A DNA stretch of 64,000 nt from Gammaproteobacteria bacterium (GTDB lineage: Bacteria; Pseudomonadota; Gammaproteobacteria; Steroidobacterales; Rariloculaceae). The stretch covers positions 4,228 through 68,227 of the forward strand of contig JAJDVG010000032.1 of NCBI GenBank assembly GCA_022826245.1, read 5' to 3'. Within the stretch, counting starts at the first letter, position 1. Every line of letters begins with the position of its first letter. A model generated the notes under the pieces. It did no database searches. It had not been told where the DNA came from and worked only from the letters and a program-made list of their open reading frames with translations. Made by a program: the position numbers and the translations under genes. Below are positions 20,379-30,700 of the stretch, piece after piece.

Positions 20379-21183
20379 CCCGGCATCGAGCGACGGAGAA
20401 CGACCCGTGAAAGCCGTGTTGACTGGACTATCCGCGGCCGTGGCCGGCCTGATTTTGGCGGGCTGCGAGACGACATCGCTTGCTGACGATCCGGTTTACC
20501 TGCGCGTGCAGGATCTCGATGCGCGCCTGATCCGCATCGAGCGCGTGCTCGACAACGACAGCCTCGTCCAGATGGCGACGAGTCTGCAGCAACTGCAGAC
20601 CGAGATACAGGGTCTGCGCGGCGAGGTCGAAACGCTGCGCTTCGAGACGGACAACGCCGCCGAGCGGCAGCGCAATCTCTACCTCGATCTCGATCAGCGG
20701 CTGCAGGCGCTCGAGCAGGGGCCGCCGCGAGTGGCGCCCGCAGGTGCGGCGCCAACGGTGGCCGTGCCGAATCAATCGCCGGCCCCAGCGGCGTCCGGCA
20801 ACGATCAGACTGCCTACGATGCGGCCTTCGCCTTGATACAGACGCGTCGCTACGACGAAGCCCAGGCGGCCTTCGGCGGTTTCCTGACCCTGTATCCCGA
20901 TAGTCCGCTCGCCGACAACGCGCAATACTGGCTCGCCGAAACGTTCTACGTGCGCCAGCAGTACGTTGCCGCGCTGCCGGAGTTTCAGAAGGTCATCGAC
21001 GGCTTTCCGCAATCGGCCAAGTTTCAGGATGCGCTGCTCAAGATCGGCTACTGCCACTACGAGCTCGAGCGATGGGACGCGGCGCGCAACGCGCTGGAGC
21101 AGGTCGAGCGCCAGTTCCCCAACACCGCGGCAGCGCAACTTGCAACGGAGCGCCTCGCGCGTCTGGCTCAGGAAGCCGGTTAG
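20368..21183 (+). CDS. cpoB: cell division coordinator CpoB (YbgF), TPR protein
   Basis: In-frame ATG 20368 within ORF 20104..21183, overlapping the pal end. Lipoprotein-like start, coiled-coil segment, C-terminal TPR (YDAAFALIQTRRYDEAQAAF, AQYWLAETFY). Confidence 0.85.
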   Translation: MSNDPASSDGERPVKAVLTGLSAAVAGLILAGCETTSLADDPVYLRVQDLDARLIRIERVLDNDSLVQMATSLQQLQTEIQGLRGEVETLRFETDNAAERQRNLYLDLDQRLQALEQGPPRVAPAGAAPTVAVPNQSPAPAASGNDQTAYDAAFALIQTRRYDEAQAAFGGFLTLYPDSPLADNAQYWLAETFYVRQQYVAALPEFQKVIDGFPQSAKFQDALLKIGYCHYELERWDAARNALEQVERQFPNTAAAQLATERLARLAQEAG

Positions 21184-21223
21184 GGCAGGGTCCGTGGATG
21201 CCGTGCGAGACAGGCCCTGAGCA

Positions 21224-21892
21224 GTGACCGCCGCGGCGGATCGCCGGGTAGCGGAAACTCGCCTCAAGATCACGGAGATCTTCTTCTCGATTCAGGGCGA
21301 AGCCCGGTTCACGGGCTGGCCCACGGTATTCGTGCGGCTGACCGGTTGCCCGCTGCGCTGCGCTTACTGCGATACGGCCTACGCATTCACCGGCGGCGAC
21401 TGGTGGACCATCGAGAACATCGTCGCCGAGGTCGGTCGCTATGGCGCATCCCGCGTCTGCGTTACCGGGGGTGAACCGCTCGCGCAGGCGCGCTGTACGG
21501 ATCTTTTGACCGCCTTGTGCGAGGCGGGCTTCGACGTTTCGCTCGAGACCAGCGGCGCGATCGACATCGGCGGCGTCGATGCGCGGGTCTGCCGGGTCGT
21601 CGACATCAAGACACCCGGATCGTCCGAGGTCGACAGGAATCTTTGGGACAACCTTGAGCTCATGAACGAATCCGATGCGCTCAAGTTCGTGATCTGCGAC
21701 CGGAACGATTACGAATGGGCGCGCACGGTGCTCGCCGAACGCGCGCTGCCGACGTGCCCGGTCTTCTTCTCGCCGAGCCACGATGAACTCGAGGCCGGCA
21801 CGCTCGCCGACTGGATTCTCGAGGACAGGCTGCCGGTGCGCCTGCAGGTGCAGTTGCACAAGGTCCTCTGGGGCGACGTGCCAGGCAGGTGA
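21224..21892 (+). CDS. queE: 7-carboxy-7-deazaguanine synthase (radical SAM)
   Basis: 222-aa ORF, GTG start. [32 protein letters not shown] (CxxxCxxC cluster). Stop overlaps the queC start. Confidence 0.9.
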   Translation: MTAAADRRVAETRLKITEIFFSIQGEARFTGWPTVFVRLTGCPLRCAYCDTAYAFTGGDWWTIENIVAEVGRYGASRVCVTGGEPLAQARCTDLLTALCEAGFDVSLETSGAIDIGGVDARVCRVVDIKTPGSSEVDRNLWDNLELMNESDALKFVICDRNDYEWARTVLAERALPTCPVFFSPSHDELEAGTLADWILEDRLPVRLQVQLHKVLWGDVPGR

Positions 21893-22563
21893 GCGTGCCG
21901 CGCGCGGTCGTGTTGCTGTCCGGCGGCCTCGATTCGGCGACCGCGCTCGCGCAGGCGGTGGCGGACGGCAACGACTGCTACACGCTGAGTTTCGAATACG
22001 GCCAGCGGCATCGGGCCGAACTCGATGCCGCGAAACGCGTCGCCGCGCAGCTTGGCGCCATCGAGCACCGCGAGATCCCGATTCCGGTCGGTCTCTACGG
22101 CGGTTCGGCGCTGACGGACCCGGAGATCGACGTTCCCGAGCACGGCGACGAGGGCATCCCGGTCACCTATGTCCCGGCGCGCAATACGGTTTTCCTGAGT
22201 CTCGCGCTCGGCTGGGCCGAAGTGCTCGGAGCGGAGACGATCGTCATCGGCGTCAACGCCATCGACTACTCCGGATACCCCGATTGCCGGCCCGAGTTCA
22301 TCGCGGCCTTCCAGGCGCTCGCGGCGCTTGCGACGAAGCAGGCCGTAGAGGGTCGTCCGGTACGCATCGAGGCGCCGCTGATCGAACTCACGAAAGCGCA
22401 GATCATCCGCCGCGGCATCGATCTCGGCGTGGATTACGCTCTGACCGTTTCATGCTACCGAGCCGACGAGCAGGGCCGCGCCTGTGGCCGCTGCGATTCC
22501 TGCCGCCTGCGCAGGGAGGGTTTTGTGGCCGTCGGTGTGGAAGACCCGACTCGCTACCTGTAG
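21889..22563 (+). CDS. queC: 7-cyano-7-deazaguanine synthase
   Basis: 224-aa ORF. PP-loop [13 protein letters not shown]-terminal Zn cluster [20 protein letters not shown]. Confidence 0.9.
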   Translation: MSVPRAVVLLSGGLDSATALAQAVADGNDCYTLSFEYGQRHRAELDAAKRVAAQLGAIEHREIPIPVGLYGGSALTDPEIDVPEHGDEGIPVTYVPARNTVFLSLALGWAEVLGAETIVIGVNAIDYSGYPDCRPEFIAAFQALAALATKQAVEGRPVRIEAPLIELTKAQIIRRGIDLGVDYALTVSCYRADEQGRACGRCDSCRLRREGFVAVGVEDPTRYL

Positions 22564-22588
22564 CGCGCGTGTCTCATCGCGGGTATGC

Positions 22589-22698
22589 GGGGAGCCGCAC
22601 CACCGGTCGCTTGAGACACGCCGTGAATACATCCCTGTAGGCTCCGCGCGCGCATCCCTGCGCGCGAGGGTCTCAAGCGACCGGTGGTGCACCTCCCC
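22589..22698. repeat. structured palindromic intergenic repeat, copy 3 of 3 (opposite orientation)
   Basis: Arms GGGGAGCCGCACCACCGGTCGCTTGAGAC (22589-22617) and complement (22670-22698, 27/29 paired). The 52-nt core is the reverse complement of the core in copies 1 and 2. Lies 26 nt after the queC stop. Confidence 0.85.
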
Positions 22699-22862
22699 TT
22701 GGCGTCTGCGCGAACTCGCATGTCTCACCGACGCTGCGCTTGGTACGGACTGCCTGCGAGCGCATTGGGCGTGATTCGTGAACTTGGTATGATTCGTCGC
22801 CGTGATCGCCCAGTGTCCCGACGACACGGACTAGCAGCATTGCGGCGACCATCCCCGATCGA

Positions 22863-22938
22863 GGGCCGTTAGCTCAGTTGGTAGAGCACCGGACTTTTAA
22901 TCCGTTGGTCGTAGGTTCGATCCCTACACGGCCCACCA
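22863..22938 (+). tRNA. tRNA-Lys (anticodon TTT)
   Basis: 76-nt cloverleaf read by eye. Acceptor GGGCCGT/ACGGCCC. D-arm GCTC-AGTTGGTA-GAGC. Anticodon loop CTTTTAA. T-arm GTAGG-TTCGATC-CCTAC. Discriminator A plus CCA. One C-T mismatch at the top of the anticodon stem. Confidence 0.9.
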
Positions 22939-23022
22939 TGAAATCAATAACTTACGAATTTCACTGGCTGGCTGACTACAAAAAGGTACGATTTAGGTAC
23001 AGTCACAAGCGTTTGTTTTCAA

Positions 23023-24072
23023 TTGGCCACGATCACCAAGACCCCGGCCGGCACCTGGAAGGGCATCGTCCGCAAGACCGGCTGGCCGGCGAAAAGCAAG
23101 ACGTTTCGTACCAAGCGCGATGCGCTCGACTGGGCGCGGCGCGTCGAGGACGAAATGGTCCGCGGTACGTTTATCGACCGCAGAACGTCCGAGCGGGTGA
23201 CCCTGAGCGATGCGCTTGACCGCTACCTAGCGGAAGTCGGTCCTACGAAGAAGCGGTCCACAGCCGCGTCGGACCGCACCAGGGCGCGCGTGCTGAACGC
23301 ATATCTGGGCCGATACAGTCTCGTCGCGCTCACGCCGGAGACCGTTTCGCGTTTTCGCGACGAGCGCCTGCGCGAGGGCAAATCTAACTCGACCGTCAGA
23401 TTGGAACTTGCGTTGCTCTCGCACCTGTTTACCACCGCGCTGCGCGAGTGGCGTATCGGCCTGGTGAGAAACCCTGTCGCGCTGGTCAGGAAGCCCACGC
23501 CGCCGGCCGGCCGCAATCGCCGGCTGGGTCCGGCGGAGGAACGACGCCTGCTCGAGGCCTGCGACGCGCACTCCAACCCGATGCTCGGATGGATCGTCCG
23601 GGTGGCGCTGCATACCGGGATGCGGCAGGGCGAAATCCTCTAGCTGACCCGCGACCAGGTGGATCTCGACCGACGAATCGTCCGGTTGACCGAGACCAAA
23701 AACGGCAGCGCGCGCACCGTGCCCCTGAATCGTGAGGCCGCGGCCGTGCTCGAGCAGGCGATGGATTTCGGCGCCGCTCCGGAGGACACGCCGCTGATCT
23801 TCTTCGGCGAGCCGGGGCGGGACGGCCGACGGCGACCATACTGCTTTCATCCGGCCTGGACCCAGGCGCTGAAAGCCGCCCGGATCTCAGGGCTGCGGTT
23901 TCACGACCTGCGTCACGAAGCGGTCAGCCGACTTGTGGAAGGAGGCCTGAACGACCAGGAAGTGGCCGCCATCAGCGGCCACAAGAGCATGCAGATGCTG
24001 AAGCGATATACGCACCTGCGCGCTGAGGACTTGGTCGGTAGGCTCGACCGGATCAATCGCTCTCGCGTCTAA
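23023..24072 (+). pseudogene. tyrosine recombinase / phage-type integrase interrupted by an in-frame TAG
   Basis: ORFs 23023..23643 (TTG start) and 23659..24072 share one frame and are separated only by TAG 23641-23643 (..HTGMRQGEIL*LTRDQVDLDRRIVRLTETKNG..). The catalytic Arg lies upstream of the stop. K, HDLRHE, GH and the RYTH tyrosine lie downstream. Confidence 0.8.
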
Positions 24073-24392
24073 GCCGAAGCTCGTCTTCGTTGAGAACGAA
24101 CGTCGCGGCAACGGTATCGGGTCTAAAATACACGCGTCGGCCAAACTCGCGCTGATAGAACCGGGAAAGGAATCAAATGCAGTTCGCAATGACCCCGGAC
24201 GGGCGCGAGACAGCGGTCATGCCAGGGCAAACGTTTTGGTGGAAAACTCGACGATATACGATGTTGAGTAACGGTTAAACGTGAGTGGCGGATGCATGGC
24301 ACCTTGTTTCAGGCGGAATCGGGAATACTTGCGTCTCGAGTCCTACTACAAATACGGCTGCCGTACCCGTTAACGTACCGAGGTTCGATTTG

Positions 24393-25679
24393 ATGTTCCT
24401 CACATTGGAAGACCCCAATGCCAAGATCAAGGGGTCACGAGACCCTCTCGGCGCTCAGGCAATCTGGACAGCGTTCGGCCGGCAGGTAATTGCTAATCTC
24501 ACAACGCAGACGAACTCGGCACGCGGCTTCACGATCCTGCTTCTGGGTCGGTACCTCGCAGAGCGAGCCATCGAAGATGAGCGGATCAGTCGCGAACTGG
24601 CGCTCGATGCATTCTTGTGCTTCGAGCAGGTCGGGGCCTACGTACGTCACGTCGGACACGGCGTTAGCGGCGATATCCGTGGCATTGAGCGCGTGCGGTC
24701 CAGACTCCATGAGCATGGAGGTCTGGTGCCTATTCGCGCGGACGCCAGCGGGTTCATTTTGGGCGACCAGCGAGTAAACGGACTGTGGGGCTTGTTCTCG
24801 GTCTCGGCCCGTGTGTCTCGCCTTATCCCGGATGGCCCAGTAGGCCTGACGCCGAACGCGAAGTTGTTCGTGGAGCGCGAATATCTACCGACCTTACAGC
24901 CCGTTATGGACCGACTATTGGAACTTATCTCAAGCGGTGGAAACCTCGACACCAGTACGCCTGATGCGGTCTTTTCGGCGCTGAGAATCGTTTTATCGGA
25001 ATCGTTTACTGCGGAGGAGCGGCAGTTCTACGGTGAGTATATTCGCGATGGACGTCACGTGCGGCAGGCGCGGGCCGGTCTGCAGCGGACGTTTTGCAAA
25101 TTGCTGGCCAACCACGTGAACCTCGCCGCTGCTACCGACCGCAATGATGTCGAACAGCTGCGCGAAGCGGCTCGGTCCGTGGACCCAGAACTTGCCAACC
25201 GCCTTAATCGGATCGCCCGTGTCGAGGCCGTGCTCGCTCCTTCAATGGTGCTCTTCGATTTCATTCTGGCTCGCCATCATCGCGAGGTGGACGAGATGAC
25301 GGAGGAACTGCACGAGCGTTGGGAAGTTGCAGTTCCTAACGTGGATGTGCAGGAGAATCAAGATTTGCTCCCCGCAGTCGCTTCGATTTGGGGAGAAACC
25401 TCCGGGGTCGCGAATTGCTTCCAGCGCTGCCAACAGGGGCTTGCCACGGGCAATTACGGTGTTGCGTTGCGGGCTCTGCTCCAGTGGCACAGGTACGTCA
25501 TGAACAGTAGGGGTGGAGCGCCGTGGGTCGTGATTGGGGAAGACGGCGCGCTGGACGTGCGATATCGGGCGGCAACGCAGGAATTGCCGACCAGGGATGA
25601 TCTTGGGGAGTTGTGGCGAAACGGCTATTTCATCGATTCACTTAAGGGCGTTACTAGGCAGCTTGGTCAAGCGGCATGA
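24393..25679 (+). CDS. cassette gene 1: uncharacterised 428-aa protein (no motif recognised)
   Basis: ORF 24285..25679. ATG 24393 is preferred because GAGG lies 8 nt upstream and the product then starts MFLTLEDPNAKIKGSRDPLGAQAIW. Its TGA overlaps the ATG of gene 2 (ATGA 25676-25679). No TM, nucleotide-binding or nuclease signature seen. Confidence 0.8.
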   Translation: MFLTLEDPNAKIKGSRDPLGAQAIWTAFGRQVIANLTTQTNSARGFTILLLGRYLAERAIEDERISRELALDAFLCFEQVGAYVRHVGHGVSGDIRGIERVRSRLHEHGGLVPIRADASGFILGDQRVNGLWGLFSVSARVSRLIPDGPVGLTPNAKLFVEREYLPTLQPVMDRLLELISSGGNLDTSTPDAVFSALRIVLSESFTAEERQFYGEYIRDGRHVRQARAGLQRTFCKLLANHVNLAAATDRNDVEQLREAARSVDPELANRLNRIARVEAVLAPSMVLFDFILARHHREVDEMTEELHERWEVAVPNVDVQENQDLLPAVASIWGETSGVANCFQRCQQGLATGNYGVALRALLQWHRYVMNSRGGAPWVVIGEDGALDVRYRAATQELPTRDDLGELWRNGYFIDSLKGVTRQLGQAA

Positions 25680-27736
25680 CGGAATCAGTGCAGTTGCCGG
25701 AAGCCATACTCTCCCGTGCCCTTGCCGAGGCGGTGCAGGGACGGCGCTTGCGAAGTGCCGTGTTCACCACCTTCAGCTTCGATCCCGGGTTCTTCGAATT
25801 GCAGGTGCTGCCGCTGCTGTTCTCTCAGAGCTTCAGTCAAGTCGACAAGGTGAGACTGTTGCAGCTTGAAGATGCACTGCGTCACGTCGAGCACCTAGCT
25901 GTGTACTACGACCGCGGCGCGTTGTCGCAAGACGCGGAGCCGGCTCGCTTGGACTATCGCCGGATCGACGTGAACCGACAAACGGGAGTCTTCCACCCCA
26001 AGCTAGTTTTCTTGCTTGTAGATCAGCCAGACAAGACGAGTGCGGAAAGGGGCAATCCGTATCGGTCACTGATAGTGGCTTGTCTTTCGGCGAACCTGAC
26101 GAGGGCTGGGTGGTGGGAAAGCGTAGAGTGCGCTCACATCGAGGAGATCAGGGATCGAGACCAGGCGACGAACCGGATTCCGTACCGCCGCGATCTCCTA
26201 GCAATTTTGCGGTGTATTCGCGCATGCGCGGCGGAGGATGATGATCACCGGGCGCTTGATGCGGTTTGGTCGTTTCTGCTTGAACGAGTCTCTACCCACC
26301 GCTATGCCAACGCAAGCGCCGGCGGTCGCTGGCACACGCGTCTTTTTGGTGGCCTGGGCCGATCGAACCTCGCAAACTGGCTGGCTGAACTCCGTATCAC
26401 GGGTCATGATTGGAACCTTGAGGTGGTTTCGCCTTATTTCAACGCTCGCGGACCGGGGCCTCTCGGCAAACTAGTGGAGGTGATCGCGCCGCGAGAGACG
26501 CGTGTTTATCTGCCGCGCGATGCGGAAGGTAAGGCCTTGGTAACCGCCGATGCGTACAGTGCAATTGCCTCACTCGCGGGCGTACGGTGGGCGAAACTGC
26601 CGGATCGCATCATGCGGCGCTCCGGTGGAGCGACCGGGGAACGACTCGCCCCGCGCCACGTGCACGCTAAGGTCTACCGGCTCTGGCGGGAAGAGGGCGG
26701 AAGCGTCGTCCTCGTCGGGTCCGTGAACTGCACGAGCGCAGCGCATGGACACGGCGGTGCCGGGAATCTCGAGGCCGCATTCCTAGTAGACACTTCCGAG
26801 GAGAACTTGGGGCGAGGCTGGTGGCTGCGACCACTTGAGTCCGACGCTCGACGGTTCATGGACGCTGCTCCGGATGAATCCGACGGGCTGGACAACCAGC
26901 CGTTCGGCGTTTCAGTCCGCTACGACTGGGGCCAACACAAGCTCGCAATTCGCTTTGAACGGGCCATGGCCATCCCGATTGAGGTGCAGGACGTTTCGGG
27001 CCAGCATTTGTTTACGATCGAGCGTGGCGATGTAGAGCGATGGCGTGTCGCGGGTGCAAATGCGGCGGACACGGTACGCGATAGCCTTGCGTCGAGCAGT
27101 TTTTTGGTACTGCGTCGCGACGACACCCAATGGCGAGTATTGGTGCGCGAAGAAGGCATGGCGCATCGCCCTTCTATTCTGAGCGACCTGAGTCCCGATG
27201 AGATTTTCGAATACTGGTCATTGCTGTCAGCCGAGGAACGCGCGGCGTTCCTCGAACGTCGTGCGGGATTCGGTGAGAGAATCGAAGGAATCCCGGCGTT
27301 TGAGGGGGACGGTCCGCTCGGGGACGAGGATACCTTGTTCGACCGCTTCGCCGGCGTATTTCATGCCTTCGGCTGCTTGCGGCGCAACGCTGAGAAGGCG
27401 CTTGCGGACGGACGCCATAATGACGCGGAAATACGGTTACTCGGTGCGAAGTACGATTCGCTGCCTAATCTACTTGGGAAAACACTTGCTCGGCAGGATG
27501 GCGATCCGGTGCTGGACTACGTTACGTTTTTGTCAGCCAAGCAGATTCGCGACTCACTGGAACAGATTGACGGGGAGTTCTTTCGAGGACGTGTGTCCCA
27601 AGTGCGGGAGCTCGACCGGCTGATCGCAAAGGGAATTAAAGGTCGCGGCAGTATTTTTCCCGACGACGATGTGCCAGCGCGAGAATTCCTCGCGTGGTTT
27701 GAGCCTGCCTTCCTGAAAGACCTGGGCGAGATGTGA
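25676..27736 (+). CDS. cassette gene 2: PLD-superfamily (two HKD motifs) nuclease-like protein with uncharacterised C-terminal half
   Basis: 686-aa ORF. N-terminal FTTFSFDPGFFE. HKD-1 is GVFHPKLVFLLV...ACLSANLT (H107/K109). HKD-2 is RHVHAKVYRLW...LVGSVNCTSAAH (H330/K332). From about aa 400 to 686 I recognise no motif. Confidence 0.9.
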   Translation: MTESVQLPEAILSRALAEAVQGRRLRSAVFTTFSFDPGFFELQVLPLLFSQSFSQVDKVRLLQLEDALRHVEHLAVYYDRGALSQDAEPARLDYRRIDVNRQTGVFHPKLVFLLVDQPDKTSAERGNPYRSLIVACLSANLTRAGWWESVECAHIEEIRDRDQATNRIPYRRDLLAILRCIRACAAEDDDHRALDAVWSFLLERVSTHRYANASAGGRWHTRLFGGLGRSNLANWLAELRITGHDWNLEVVSPYFNARGPGPLGKLVEVIAPRETRVYLPRDAEGKALVTADAYSAIASLAGVRWAKLPDRIMRRSGGATGERLAPRHVHAKVYRLWREEGGSVVLVGSVNCTSAAHGHGGAGNLEAAFLVDTSEENLGRGWWLRPLESDARRFMDAAPDESDGLDNQPFGVSVRYDWGQHKLAIRFERAMAIPIEVQDVSGQHLFTIERGDVERWRVAGANAADTVRDSLASSSFLVLRRDDTQWRVLVREEGMAHRPSILSDLSPDEIFEYWSLLSAEERAAFLERRAGFGERIEGIPAFEGDGPLGDEDTLFDRFAGVFHAFGCLRRNAEKALADGRHNDAEIRLLGAKYDSLPNLLGKTLARQDGDPVLDYVTFLSAKQIRDSLEQIDGEFFRGRVSQVRELDRLIAKGIKGRGSIFPDDDVPAREFLAWFEPAFLKDLGEM

Positions 27737-30700
27737 TGCGTTCGATCACACCGGAATTTCTCGACGAACTGATCAATTTTGCGCCGTCCCGCGCGGATCG
27801 GCAGCAGGCCTTCTGGGACCAGCAGCGCGACGGCACGGTGGCGGCATTCAACATGCTTGCGCGCAACGGATGCGCATACCTGGCCGATGAAGTGGGAATG
27901 GGCAAGACATACATCGCGCTGGGTGTAGTGAGCCTGTTGCGCTACCTCGACCCGCAGGCGCGCATCGTTGTGATCGCGCCTCGCGAGAATATTCAGCGCA
28001 AATGGGTGAAAGAACTTCACAATTTCGTCGGGCGCAACTGGCTCGTCGTCGGGAACCGTGTGAAGTCGCTTCAGAACCGGCCGGTGTGGGAACCGGTGGT
28101 GTGCAACTCGCTCGTCGAGTTCGCCCACGAGGCGTTGGTCAACCAAGACCGAGACTTTTTCTTAAGGATGACAAGCTTCAGCATCAGGCTGTCGGACGCA
28201 AAAGACCGGCACAGGACGCGAACTCTGCTGCTCGACAGCGTTCCCTGGCTCGACCAGTGCGAGATACCGAATGAAACGCGGGAGGGATTTCGGGACGCTT
28301 TCGCAGTCGCCCTGAACGGGGCAGTTCCGGAGGCCGACTTGGTCATTTTCGACGAGGCCCATAACCTGAAACATGGCTTTCGCGCCGACGGTAGCACCCG
28401 TAATCGGGTGATGGGACTCGCATTTGGCCACCCGGAGGGCGATGCGTTCGGGCGACCGAGGTACAAGAAGAAAGCGAAGCGCGTCATGTTGCTTTCAGCG
28501 ACCCCGTTTGAGGACGACTATGCGGCCATTCAACGTCAGCTTGCGGTCTTCGGCTTCGGTGACGCGTTGCTGGAGGGCGCGAATGGCGAGGCCGGCGTCA
28601 GCGTTGCGGCTCTGGCGGATCCGGAAATCGCCGAGGACGAGAAACGACGGGTCGCACAACGCGTTCTGATCCGCCGTGTATCGGGGCTGAACATCGCGGG
28701 GAGTCTCCACACGAAGAATATGTACCGGCGTGAATGGCGACGCGGCGGACTTGAGCAACATGACGAACCGATCGAGATCGTGGATCCCAAGCACCGACTG
28801 GTCGTGGCGTTGATGCAGAAAAAAGTAGCGGAAGTATTGCAAACGGAACGCTTCAACAATCATTTCCAGATCGGCATGTTGTCTTCCTTCGAAAGTTTCC
28901 TGCAGTCTGTCGAGACCGTGCGCCGCAGGGAGGACGACGAACCGGCATTTGATGGCCACGAACAGCGTCGCCACTTGAGCAGCGACCGGGAACGCGAAGG
29001 AATCGATACCGTGGCGATCGCCGAGATCGTACGCTCATACCAAGAAGTGTTTGGAACGTCGCTGCCGCATCCGAAGCTGGATACCACTGCGCACGGTTTG
29101 GCCGAAGCCTTCAATACCGGCGAAAAAGCCCTCGCGTTCGTGCGCCGCGTTGCTACCGTGGACGAGCTTGCAGCGAAACTGGAACATAGCTTCGATACCT
29201 GGATCCGGGCGCGGATGGAGGCGCGGTTGCCTAGCCTGCGCAACGAGATTGACGCCTTGTTCAGGCAGTATGCGAGCGAGCGACAGCGAAGGCCCGACGA
29301 TATCGAAGCGCCTCTGGAGGACACCGATCTCTCCAGTGAACGGGAGAGAATGGACCGGCGCGACGACCTGGAAGAAGACGATGAAGGAGGGGCAGAGAGT
29401 TTTTTCGCTTGGTTCTTCCGAGGCAAGGGTCCGAGCGGAGTACTTTCCGGGGCCGCGTTTCAAAAGCACCGCTTGTCGTCGACCAGCTCAGCCTACGCCA
29501 CGTTGTTCGAAGACAATTACGTAGCGAGTCTGCTCGGTGTGGGTGCTGGCGAGGTGGTGGAATCCTTGAGGCGAGCAATCGGCGAGCCGCCAAGAACTTT
29601 CGGGAAACGACTGCGCGGCCTGGCGTACGGCTTCTTCAGGGAACGGAGCCGGCAGCGCGAAGGATACCCGCGTTTGTACGTGTTTGAGGGTTACCAGGTT
29701 GCCGGCCTCGTGTTACTGCGCGAGCGCGGTGGAAAAATCGGCAAACGTGCCGGGACGATACTGGTCGAGCGCTTTTCGGATACTCGGCATGTCGCTACGG
29801 AGCCACCTGCCGGATTTCCCGGTCCGGAAGCCGGGTTGAACCTCGAGACGGTATTCACCGAACTTCGCTGCCGCCCTGCGCTCCGGAAACTGTTGTGGCC
29901 CAAACCACCTGATCACGAGGACTTTCGAACGGCATTTCGCCGGCGGGAGCAGCGTCGCGAACTGCTGAGCACCATGGCTCGACTCGGTGCGGCCTACGTC
30001 GATTTCTACCTATTGGCGATCGAACAGGCTGGGTCGTTCTCCGTCGGACAGAGGATGGCGACGGAGTCCGCTCCCGATTTGGCTCGTAACTTCGTTGAGC
30101 TTCTCGAAAAACAAAGGGGCGAAGCAGAGTTTCACGCGTTTCATGAGCTCTCACAGGCGGCGGCAGCGTTCGACTACATCGTGGCGGTCAATTTTCCCGA
30201 AGTGCCTTCGCGCCCGCTGCCGGAGCTCGCCCGATATTACGCCGCTACCTTGCAGAAACAGGTGCCGGTGGGCCGGATGTCAGGAGGAGTAAATCAGCGC
30301 TTGGTCCGCCAGTTTCGGATGCCCGGCTTTCCACTGATACTCATAACCACCGACGTGTTGCAGGAAGGTGAAGATCTGCACACCTTTTGCCGGCGTGTCG
30401 TGCACTACGGTATCGCGTGGACACCTTCGGCGATCGAGCAGCGGACGGGGCGCGTGGACCGTATAGGCGGCCTGGTGCAGCGGCGCCTCGACGGCTCATC
30501 GACGCCGCCCGACGACGAGGAGCTGATCCAGGTCTACTACCCGCATCTGCGCGATACAGTTGAACTGCTGCAGGTTCGCCGCGTGCTCCGCCGCCTCAAC
30601 AGATTTATGCATCTCATCCATCTCGGTTCCTCGACGGTGGGAGCCGATGAGCATGGCGTCGACGCAAGTCGAGCATGGCTCGACGAACTAGAGGACCCGC

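Noticed and set aside
21224-22563. Idea that queE/queC next to the PLD/helicase cassette marks a Dpd-like 7-deazaguanine DNA-modification/restriction system
   Set aside because: queE and queC lie on the core side of tRNA-Lys in the conserved tol-pal-cpoB neighbourhood, with host-like GC. The cassette lies on the island side and has no TGT/DpdA-like or ParB-like gene. The adjacency is most simply a by-product of integration at the tRNA.
22878-23219. ORF overlapping tRNA-Lys (113 aa), and ORF 1765..2223 overlapping tRNA-Arg
   Set aside because: They run through tRNA genes and AT-rich junction sequence, have no motifs, and conflict with the tRNA and integrase calls.
24285-24392. Upstream GTG 24285 as the start of cassette gene 1 (the 464-aa version)
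   Set aside because: The extra 36 residues are not hydrophobic or motif-bearing. ATG 24393 has a GAGG Shine-Dalgarno at suitable spacing and begins a conserved-looking block. I keep GTG 24285 as an alternative, since the evidence is not decisive.
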